From positions 9,286 to 73,285 of the forward strand of contig DASZQN010000045.1 in assembly GCA_035549635.1 (NCBI GenBank): a stretch of 64,000 bases of DNA, in the 5' to 3' direction. Every line of letters starts with the position of its first letter. Position 1 is the first letter of the stretch. The notes under the pieces were generated by a model. That model saw only the letters and a program-made list of their open reading frames with translations, did not search any database and had not been told where the DNA came from. The translations under genes and the position numbers were made by a program. Below, piece by piece: positions 18,437 to 25,995 of this stretch. The DNA is from Opitutaceae bacterium. Lineage in GTDB: Bacteria > Verrucomicrobiota > Verrucomicrobiia > Opitutales > Opitutaceae.

Positions 18437-20368
18437 ATGCCCATGAAAACTCACGCCCAACGCGGCAGTGTGCTGGTCACGACCCTCGTCTTTCTCACCA
18501 TCATCATCATTGGTGCGTTTGCCGTCTTCCAGCTGGCCCTGAACTCGTTCAAGAATTCCGAGCGCAACGAGCTGCGCGCCCGCGCCCGCGCGGTCGCCGA
18601 AAGCGAGCTCGAGTACCTGTACTACAATTTCGAAGGGCTGATCGTCGGCGGATCCTCGGCCAACAACGTGCCGTCGAATTTCTCGGCTTTCTGCGACCTC
18701 TCCAGCACACCGACGACGGACCATCCGCCCTTTACCGCCGCCCACCAGGCGCAGAACGACGGCTGGGTCGTCCGCCGCTCGATCACGTTCGACCAGACCG
18801 TGACCGGCACGATCCCGGGCACAACCAAGACCGGCACGATCTCCTATCTGACCGCGAAGATCGAGGTCGTTCCCGGCGCCCGGAGTTCGTCCTACAACAC
18901 GCTGGCCGTGCGCGTGGGACGCCGCTTCAACAACTCGACGACGTCGATCTTCCAGTACAGCATCTTCTTCCAAGGCGACCTGGAACTCGCGCCGAGCGGC
19001 GTGACCACCATCACCGGCGACATCGCGGCCAACGGCAGCATCTACATGGGCGCAAGCAGCGGCGGCACCCTCACCATCAACAACCAGATCCGCCATCTTT
19101 CCGGCTATTACTTCAACGAGGACTCCGCGGGCGCGGCGACGTACCGCAAGCCCGGCACCTGGAATGCCGCGACCGGCACCATCGTCACCACCGACACGAC
19201 CTCCCTCAACGCGCCCCTGTTCGGCACCTCCCAGATCAGCCAGTCCGAGACGATGAACTCGCCGGAGAATCTCCTCGGCGGCCTCGACGCCGACGCGCTC
19301 GCCACTTCGCGCAACGACCTGTTCGGCGCGACCGACACCCCGGCCAACCTGGCCATCGCCGAAAACAACGTCTATCGCTCCCTCATCGCTCCCCCTCCCT
19401 CCGCGGCTTCCACCGACGAGTATCCCACCGGGACCAACCTCAGCACCACTTCAGACGACGCCAGCCTCAACGCCCTCCGCGCGTATACCCGCGCGGGCGT
19501 GATCATCACGGTGGGCCGCACCGACAATGGCGATGGCACTTACAGTTATCCGGTCACCTTCACCGAGACCCGGTCCGGCGTCTCCACCACGGTGCCCGCC
19601 AGCACCTACGCCGGCGTCGTCACCAGCACGAGCATGTACGACCAGCGGGAGGGAAAATACGTCACGATCACCGATATCGATGTCGGTGCCCTCAAGACGA
19701 AGTTGTCCGCCAGCTTCCCCAACGATGCCAGCGGGCAGCCCACCTTTAACGGGCTGCTCTACGTGAACCTCAAGGATGGAGTGACCACCAATCCCGCCGC
19801 CGTCCGCCTGAACAACGCGGCGACGACGCCCGGCGTCGATACCGGCAGCGGATTTTCCGTCGCGACCAACGGCGGCCTCTACGTCCGGGGCAGCTACAAC
19901 ACCACGCCCTACGTCGATCCCAACACCGGCGTCAGTTCCAACAACCCCTGCATGCTGATGAGCGACGCGCTCACCATTCTCTCTTCCTCCTGGAATGACG
20001 CCAACGCCGGACCCACCTCCGACATCAGCCAGCGCGTCGCGACCACCGGCACCACCACGATCAACTCCGGCATCCTCACCGGCAACGTCCCGGCCTCCGC
20101 CACCGTGGCGAGCGGCGGCGCCCAGAACCTCGTGCGCTTCCTCGAGAACTGGACCGACAACAGCGGCAACAAGGGCACGGTGACCTTCAACGGCTCGCTC
20201 GGGCGGCTGTTCTCCTCGAAATATTTCACCGCCGCCTACCAGCAGCCCGGGCAGATCTACACGGTGCCGAACCGCAACTTCACGTTCAACACGGCGATGA
20301 AGACCAAGCGGCCGCCGGGCTCGCCGACGATCACCGCCTTCAGCCGCGGCACTTTCTTCACCTGGTAA
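18437..20368 (+). CDS. Large PilX/GspK-like minor pilin-like secreted protein
   Basis: 643 aa. The N-terminus QRGSVLVTTLVFLTIIIIGAFAVFQLAL lacks Glu+5, as in GspK/PilX-type proteins, and is followed by the PilX_N-like RARARAVAESELEYL. The remainder is T/S/N/G-rich and probably beta-rich. It starts 24 bp after the preceding pseudopilin. Confidence 0.65.
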   Translation: MPMKTHAQRGSVLVTTLVFLTIIIIGAFAVFQLALNSFKNSERNELRARARAVAESELEYLYYNFEGLIVGGSSANNVPSNFSAFCDLSSTPTTDHPPFTAAHQAQNDGWVVRRSITFDQTVTGTIPGTTKTGTISYLTAKIEVVPGARSSSYNTLAVRVGRRFNNSTTSIFQYSIFFQGDLELAPSGVTTITGDIAANGSIYMGASSGGTLTINNQIRHLSGYYFNEDSAGAATYRKPGTWNAATGTIVTTDTTSLNAPLFGTSQISQSETMNSPENLLGGLDADALATSRNDLFGATDTPANLAIAENNVYRSLIAPPPSAASTDEYPTGTNLSTTSDDASLNALRAYTRAGVIITVGRTDNGDGTYSYPVTFTETRSGVSTTVPASTYAGVVTSTSMYDQREGKYVTITDIDVGALKTKLSASFPNDASGQPTFNGLLYVNLKDGVTTNPAAVRLNNAATTPGVDTGSGFSVATNGGLYVRGSYNTTPYVDPNTGVSSNNPCMLMSDALTILSSSWNDANAGPTSDISQRVATTGTTTINSGILTGNVPASATVASGGAQNLVRFLENWTDNSGNKGTVTFNGSLGRLFSSKYFTAAYQQPGQIYTVPNRNFTFNTAMKTKRPPGSPTITAFSRGTFFTW

Positions 20369-20389
20369 GGTTTCCCCGCCGTCCGTCCC

Positions 20390-21280
20390 ATGAAAACCCT
20401 CCCGGCCGAGCCCGCCCGCCTCCCCGCTCCGCGGCCGGACACGCTCACGCCGTTCCGCGGCTTCCTGCATTTCGGCGAGGACGAGGACAATTTCGTGCTG
20501 CTGCGCGCGCGGCGGCTGCTGCGGCTGGGACGGGTCGATCTCGGGCACCTGCTCGAGTCGGAGCCGCCGCCAGATCCCGATGTCACCGCGGTCGTTCCCG
20601 CCCGCAACGAGGAGTCCACGGTCGGCGACGTCGTGCGCGAGTGCCTGCACTACGCGGCGCGCGTCATCGTCGTCGAGGGCGGCTCGACCGACCGCACCGC
20701 CGAGGTCGCGGCCAGGGCCGGGGCCCTCGTCGTGCGCGACCAGGGCCTTGGGAAGGGCGCAGCCCTCCGGCTGGCCGTAGCGCGGGTGGAGACGCCCATC
20801 TGCGTCTTCGTCGATGCCGACGGGTCCCACGATCCGATCGACATTCCGCTGCTCGTGGCTCCGATCAAGAGCGGCCTCGCCGACCACGTCACCGGCTCCC
20901 GCCTCCTCGGCGGCTCGGACGAGCTCCATGGCGGCGGCGACGAGTTCCTCCGGCTCGCCGGCTCGGCCTTCATCACTTCGCTCATCAACTGGCGGTTCGG
21001 CACCTGCCTGTCCGATTCGCAGAACGGCTTCCGCGCGATCCGCACAGACGTGTTCCGCCGCCTCGATCTGCGGGCGCGCCACACCACGATCGAGATGGAG
21101 ATGATCATGGCCACGCTGGTCTCGGGCTTCACCCTCACCGAGGTTCCCACCCACGAGCGTCCCCGCGCCGCCGGGTACTCCAAGATCTCCCTTTCCCGCC
21201 CCGGCACGTGGCTGGCCTACGGCTGGCAGCTGGTCCGCGGGCTGTGCCGGCGAAAGACTTCCTCCCGCCGTCCCGCATGA
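20390..21280 (+). CDS. Family 2 glycosyltransferase (polyprenyl-phosphate sugar synthase-like)
   Basis: GT-A signatures VTAVVPARNEE, VVEGGSTDRT and the DxD-type VDADGSHD. Resembles Dpm1/ArnC/GtrB-type enzymes. It starts 21 bp after the PilX-like gene. Confidence 0.85.
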   Translation: MKTLPAEPARLPAPRPDTLTPFRGFLHFGEDEDNFVLLRARRLLRLGRVDLGHLLESEPPPDPDVTAVVPARNEESTVGDVVRECLHYAARVIVVEGGSTDRTAEVAARAGALVVRDQGLGKGAALRLAVARVETPICVFVDADGSHDPIDIPLLVAPIKSGLADHVTGSRLLGGSDELHGGGDEFLRLAGSAFITSLINWRFGTCLSDSQNGFRAIRTDVFRRLDLRARHTTIEMEMIMATLVSGFTLTEVPTHERPRAAGYSKISLSRPGTWLAYGWQLVRGLCRRKTSSRRPA

Positions 21281-23028
21281 ACGGGGGATTCGACGCCGTG
21301 ATCGGCGTGTGGGACGGCCACGACGCTGGTGCCGCCTTGGTCGTGGACGGCCAGGTCCGGCTCGCCCTGAACGAGGAGCGCCTGAGCGGCCGCAAGCTCG
21401 ATGTCGGTTTCCCCGCGCGCGCCGTCGCCGCCATGCGCCAGGCGGCGGGCGGCCGTCGCATCGCCTGGGCCGGCACCACGTCCGACGCCGCCAAGACCCT
21501 GACGCGGCTGATTCCCTCCACCAAGGAAAGCTATTACCGGCTGCGCCGCCGGCTCGAGCCGCCCGGCCCGCTCCACGGGCTCACCGTGCGCGCGAAATAT
21601 TCACTCACCCAGCTGCCGACCAACGGGCTCCTGCGCGCCTGGGCGCGACGCTCGTTTGCCTCGGCCTTGCAGGTCCCGGCGGGCGAGGTCTTTCTCGTGG
21701 ATCACCACGCCGCGCATGCGGCCTCGGCCGCCTTCTGGCCCGAATGGGGCGGCGACGCCACCATCGTCACGCTCGACGGCATCGGCGATGGCGAATCGGG
21801 CTCCGTCTGGGCCTGGTCGGAGTCGGCCGGCGACATTTCCCCGCTGATCTCCATCCCCGGCTCGGCCTCCCTCGGCCTGTTCTTCGAGCACGTGACCAAC
21901 GAGCTCCAGATGCGCCCGCTGGAGGACGAGGGCAAGGTCATGGCGCTGGCGACCTACGCCGTCGAGACGCCGGTGGAGCGCAATCCGTTCCTGAAGTGGT
22001 TCTCCCTCACCACGGACGCGAAGCGGCTGCCCGTGCTCCGCTGCTCCGTGGCGCCGTCGCGCATGGCGCGCGAGGTTGCGCGCATCGTCTGGTGCACGCC
22101 GCGCGAGCAGGTCGCCCGGATGGCCCAGCAGACGCTGGAGGTCCTGGTGCCGCGGTTCTTCGCGCTGCTGGTCGAGGCCACCGGCCGCGGCGCCTTCGGC
22201 TACGCCGGCGGCGTGGCTTCGAACATCAAGGTCAACCGGCTCATCCGCGGCCTGCCGGGCGTCGAGCGCCTCGAGGTGTGCCCCGCGATGGGCGACGGCG
22301 GCCTCGCGCTCGGCGCCGCGCTCGCCACGTGGCGCCGCCTGACCGGCCGGCGCCCCCAGCCCTTCTCGGATTTCCGCCTCGGCTCCGACCAGGGCGACCT
22401 CGGACGCGACGCCAGCGCGATCGCGCGCCGGACGTCCGCGTCGCTCCTGCGCCCGCCGGATATCGCGGCCGCCGTCGCCGAACGCGTTGCCGCCGGCGAG
22501 ATCGTGATGTGGGCCCAGGGCCGCATGGAACTCGGGGCCCGCGCCCTCGGCGCCCGCAGCATCATCGCCCGGGCCGACAGCGTCGCCGCCCGCGACGATC
22601 TCAACCTGCGCCTCAAGCGCCGGGTGTGGTACCAGCCCTTCTGCCCCTCGATCCTGCTGTCCGAGGCGCCGGTGCTGCTGGCCGACTATCGCGGCCCGCG
22701 CGACACGAACCGCCACATGACCGCCGGCTTCCTCACCACGCCGCGGGGCCGGACGGCGCTCGCCGGTGCGATCGGCCCCGACGGCTCGTGCCGTCCCCAG
22801 ATGGTGGTCGAAAACGAAAGCGACCCATGGTACCGTCTGCTCGCCCGGGTGAAGGCCCTCACCGGCACCGGCGCGATCATCAACACGAGCCTCAACATGC
22901 ACGGGAAGCCGATGTCCGATGCGCCCGAGGGCGTCGTGGAGGCCTGGCTGGAAAGCGGCGTCGAGCATCTCGCGCTCGGTTCCGCCCTGCTGTCGAAGAA
23001 GGCCGCTGCGGCCGCCCCCTCCGCATGA
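21277..23028 (+). CDS. NodU/CmcH-family carbamoyltransferase
   Basis: ATG 21277 overlaps the GT2 stop (ATGA). N-terminal ASKHA-like IGVWDGHDAGAALV...LNEERLSGRK, conserved VDHHAAHAASAF, and a C-terminal region ending ...NTSLNMHGKPM typical of the family. Confidence 0.85.
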   Translation: MNGGFDAVIGVWDGHDAGAALVVDGQVRLALNEERLSGRKLDVGFPARAVAAMRQAAGGRRIAWAGTTSDAAKTLTRLIPSTKESYYRLRRRLEPPGPLHGLTVRAKYSLTQLPTNGLLRAWARRSFASALQVPAGEVFLVDHHAAHAASAAFWPEWGGDATIVTLDGIGDGESGSVWAWSESAGDISPLISIPGSASLGLFFEHVTNELQMRPLEDEGKVMALATYAVETPVERNPFLKWFSLTTDAKRLPVLRCSVAPSRMAREVARIVWCTPREQVARMAQQTLEVLVPRFFALLVEATGRGAFGYAGGVASNIKVNRLIRGLPGVERLEVCPAMGDGGLALGAALATWRRLTGRRPQPFSDFRLGSDQGDLGRDASAIARRTSASLLRPPDIAAAVAERVAAGEIVMWAQGRMELGARALGARSIIARADSVAARDDLNLRLKRRVWYQPFCPSILLSEAPVLLADYRGPRDTNRHMTAGFLTTPRGRTALAGAIGPDGSCRPQMVVENESDPWYRLLARVKALTGTGAIINTSLNMHGKPMSDAPEGVVEAWLESGVEHLALGSALLSKKAAAAAPSA

Positions 23029-24836
23029 GCCCGCGTTTCCAGCGTTTTCTCTGGCTCGGGTTCGCCCTGGCGGTGCTCCTGGCGACCGGGCTGTGGGCGC
23101 TGGGAGTCAGCGAGCGGACCATCGAGGCCCAGCGCCGCCTGGTCCCCGTCTCCACCGTCTGGGGCATGCACGCGTGCGTGGTCGCCATCGTCGCCGGGCT
23201 CGGCGCGATCGCCGTTCCGGTCGCGCGGATCCTGGGACGCCGCCGCCTTCTGACCGCGCTCGTGCTCGTGATCATCGGGGCCCTCGCCTGCGGGCTGGCG
23301 CCGCGCACCACCCGGATCTTTTTCGACGAGCACATCTACGCGCAGATCGGCCAGACCATCGCCCACACCGGACGCGCGGAAAACGTCAACTATGCGCGCG
23401 CGCAGTATGGGAAGCTCGAGGTTTACGACGCCGTGACCAACAAGCAGCCGAACGGGCTGCCCTACCTGCTCTCCTGGATCTTCCGGGTCGTCGGTGTCTC
23501 GGATGAGGCGGCGCACTTCCTGAATCCGGCGCTGGTGGGCCTGACCGCGGCGGCGCTCTACCTCGGCCTCGCCCTGGTCCCCTGGACCCTCCCGGCCGGC
23601 GCCGGCCTCGCCGCGGCGCTGCTGTTCGTCTTCACCCCGCTGGTGCTGTGGTGGGGGCACACCGTCGCGGTCGAGCCGGGGGCCGCGGCGAACGCCACCC
23701 TCGCCTTTTTCGCCGTCTGCGCCTACGCGCGGCTGCGCGACCGCGGGACCGCTCAGGGCGGCCCCGCCGCCGCGATGCTGCTCGCGGGCGCCACGGGCTT
23801 CGCGGTCTACTTCCGGCCCGAGTCCGTCCTGGTCTTCCCGCTGGTGGCCGCCGTGCTGTGGTCCACCGACGATCGTTTCATCGAGGACGTGTCCGCATGG
23901 GGCGCGCTCGCGCTCGCGATCGCGCTCGCGGCGCCGAATGTCATGCACCTCTGGTCGATGCGCGAGGAAAGCTGGGGCGCGCGCGACGGCCGGCGCTTCG
24001 CGCTCGATTTCGTCCAGAAGAACCTCGCCAGCAACGGAGGCTATTTCACCGACCTCAAGTGGTTCCCGATCGCCGGCACCGTGCTCGCGGGGCTGGGCGC
24101 GCTCTGGCTGCTGAAACGCAACCGCACCGCCGGCCTCGCGCTCGGCCTCTGGTTCCTTTTCTCCTGGGGCGTCTTCGTCCTCTTCTACGCCGGCGGCTAT
24201 TACTACGGGGCCAGCTCCCGCTACGCCGTGGTCTCGTGCGCGCCGGTCGCCGTGTTCATGGGCATCGGTCTCACCGCGGCGGTGGCCCGGCTGCGCTCCG
24301 CGCCTCTCCTCGGCTGGGGGCTGGCGGCCGCGGGCCTCATCAGCTGGGTCGCGAGCATGCACTACGTGCCGACGCGCAGCCGCGAGGCGATCGAGGCGCA
24401 GGCCGACGTCGACTTCGTCGCGCGGATCGCGCCGACGCTGCCGACCGGCTCCCTCGTCGTCTCGTCCGATCCCTGCGTGTGGTTGCTGCAGGGGGTCAGC
24501 GCCTCGCAGTTCTACACCGTCGAGCACATGATGCGCGAGGAGCTCGGGGAGCTCGTCAACCAGTACCCCGGCGGCATCTACATCCACTGGGGTTTCTGGC
24601 ACAACGCGGAGGCCGCTGCGGCGGAAGTCACCGCCCGGCTCCTCGTCGAGGACCACGCCGCCGTCGTCGCCCGCACCCAGAGCGAGGCCTACAAGCTCGC
24701 CCTCTACCGTCTCGACACCCCGGAGGCGCTTGCCCGCCCCGGCGTCAAACCGCCGCTTCCCCTGCGGCCGCAGACCGACCTCGATGCCGTGATGGCCCGC
24801 GTCCGGGCCGGATCCACGCCGGCCCCGTCCCAATGA
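23025..24836 (+). CDS. GT-C fold membrane glycosyltransferase (PMT_2/ArnT-like)
   Basis: ATG 23025 overlaps the upstream stop (ATGA). About 11 TM segments. The first periplasmic loop carries the acidic FFDEHIYAQIG motif, as in PMT/ArnT-type GT-C enzymes. The C-terminal ~150 aa are soluble. Confidence 0.7.
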   Translation: MSPRFQRFLWLGFALAVLLATGLWALGVSERTIEAQRRLVPVSTVWGMHACVVAIVAGLGAIAVPVARILGRRRLLTALVLVIIGALACGLAPRTTRIFFDEHIYAQIGQTIAHTGRAENVNYARAQYGKLEVYDAVTNKQPNGLPYLLSWIFRVVGVSDEAAHFLNPALVGLTAAALYLGLALVPWTLPAGAGLAAALLFVFTPLVLWWGHTVAVEPGAAANATLAFFAVCAYARLRDRGTAQGGPAAAMLLAGATGFAVYFRPESVLVFPLVAAVLWSTDDRFIEDVSAWGALALAIALAAPNVMHLWSMREESWGARDGRRFALDFVQKNLASNGGYFTDLKWFPIAGTVLAGLGALWLLKRNRTAGLALGLWFLFSWGVFVLFYAGGYYYGASSRYAVVSCAPVAVFMGIGLTAAVARLRSAPLLGWGLAAAGLISWVASMHYVPTRSREAIEAQADVDFVARIAPTLPTGSLVVSSDPCVWLLQGVSASQFYTVEHMMREELGELVNQYPGGIYIHWGFWHNAEAAAAEVTARLLVEDHAAVVARTQSEAYKLALYRLDTPEALARPGVKPPLPLRPQTDLDAVMARVRAGSTPAPSQ

Positions 24837-25978
24837 GCGCCCTCTACTCCTGGAGCCGCTTCGCCCTGCGCACCGCCGCGTCCGCCGCAGGGGTGGAAGG
24901 GCGCCCGACCAAGCTCATCTACATCGTGACGAAGCGCTGCCACTCGCGCTGCGTGTACTGCGACATCTGGAAGGTGAAGGACACTCCCGGCGGCCTCGAC
25001 GGCGAGCTCACGCTCGACGAGGTGAGGAAGGTCGCCGGCGCCAACCCGTTCCTGCAGTGGATCGATTTCACCGGTGGCGAGCCGACGGACCGGCCGGATT
25101 TCGTCGAGCTGGTCCAGGCCTTTTCCGTCGCCTGCCCGGACCTGCTCCTCGTGCATTTTCCCACCAACGGGATCGCGACGAAGCGCATCACCGGCGTGGT
25201 CGGGCACCTGAAGGACCTGCTCCGCGCCCGCCTCGTGGTGACCGTCTCGATCGACGGCCCGCCCGAGCTCAACGACCGTCTCCGCGGCATCCGCAACGAC
25301 TTCGGCCACGCGGTGGACTCGTTCGTGGCCATCCGGCGGCTCCTCGGGCCCGAGAACGCCTTCGTCGGCATGACGCTGCACGGGTGCAAGGCGTCCTGCG
25401 GATTCACCACCACCGAGCTGGTCGAGCGGACCTTCACCGCGGTCAACGACGCACTGCAGGCCCGCGGCGAGGCCCCGATCGGCTGGGGCGAATTCCACCT
25501 CAACATTCCGCATCTGTCCGAGCACTACTACGGCAACGAACATTCCGACGCCACCGCGAAGGACGGCTTCGGGGGTCCGGCCCACCGCGCGGAAATCGCC
25601 GATGCGCTGCGTTTCGCCGCGGCCCGGACGAAGAGCGGCGGACTGACGGCCATGCGCGCCGTCGAGCGCATCTACCGCTCCGAGGCCATGCGCTACCTTG
25701 CGCACGAGCCGATGTCCATCACCTGCTCCGCGCTTCTCTCCACGGCCTACCTTTCGGAAAAGGGCGACGTCTATCCCTGCACCATCTGGGACCGCCCGCT
25801 GGGCAATGTGCGCACCACGGGCTACGCGCTGATGCCGCTCATCGAGGCGGCCCGGCGACAGGGTGTGCGGCAGGAGGTCGCCGACCGGCGCTGTCCCAAT
25901 TGCTGGACTCCCTGCGAGGCCTATCCCGCCATCGGCACCTCTCCCCTGCAATCGCTCGCGGCGCTCGTCCGCGGCTGA
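24833..25978 (+). CDS. Radical SAM enzyme with C-terminal SPASM/twitch-like Cys cluster
   Basis: ATG 24833 overlaps the upstream stop (ATGA). CX3CX2C motif in KRCHSRCVYCDIW. C-terminal cysteines sit in CSALLSTAYLSEKGDVYPC and CPNCWTPCE. Confidence 0.85.
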   Translation: MSALYSWSRFALRTAASAAGVEGRPTKLIYIVTKRCHSRCVYCDIWKVKDTPGGLDGELTLDEVRKVAGANPFLQWIDFTGGEPTDRPDFVELVQAFSVACPDLLLVHFPTNGIATKRITGVVGHLKDLLRARLVVTVSIDGPPELNDRLRGIRNDFGHAVDSFVAIRRLLGPENAFVGMTLHGCKASCGFTTTELVERTFTAVNDALQARGEAPIGWGEFHLNIPHLSEHYYGNEHSDATAKDGFGGPAHRAEIADALRFAAARTKSGGLTAMRAVERIYRSEAMRYLAHEPMSITCSALLSTAYLSEKGDVYPCTIWDRPLGNVRTTGYALMPLIEAARRQGVRQEVADRRCPNCWTPCEAYPAIGTSPLQSLAALVRG

Positions 25979-25995
25979 GTCCTCCCTTTCCCGCC

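Noticed and set aside
16910-19749. Long ORFs in other frames or on the other strand over the pseudopilin genes. These are 16910-19096 on the minus strand, 17569-19749 with His/Asp/Leu repeats, and 17821-18396 with Val/Glu/Asp repeats.
   Set aside because: They are by-products of the (ACS/TCS)n codon repeat. The Ser/Thr frame is continuous with a bona fide prepilin leader and is bounded by ATGA coupling upstream.
5262-20368. Calling a complete type II secretion or type IV pilus locus.
   Set aside because: Only an ATPase and three pseudopilin-like genes are present. No GspF/PilC platform, GspD/PilQ secretin, GspL/M or PilMNO, or prepilin peptidase is in the window. The ATPase is also separated from the pseudopilins by menFD, metG and a two-component pair.
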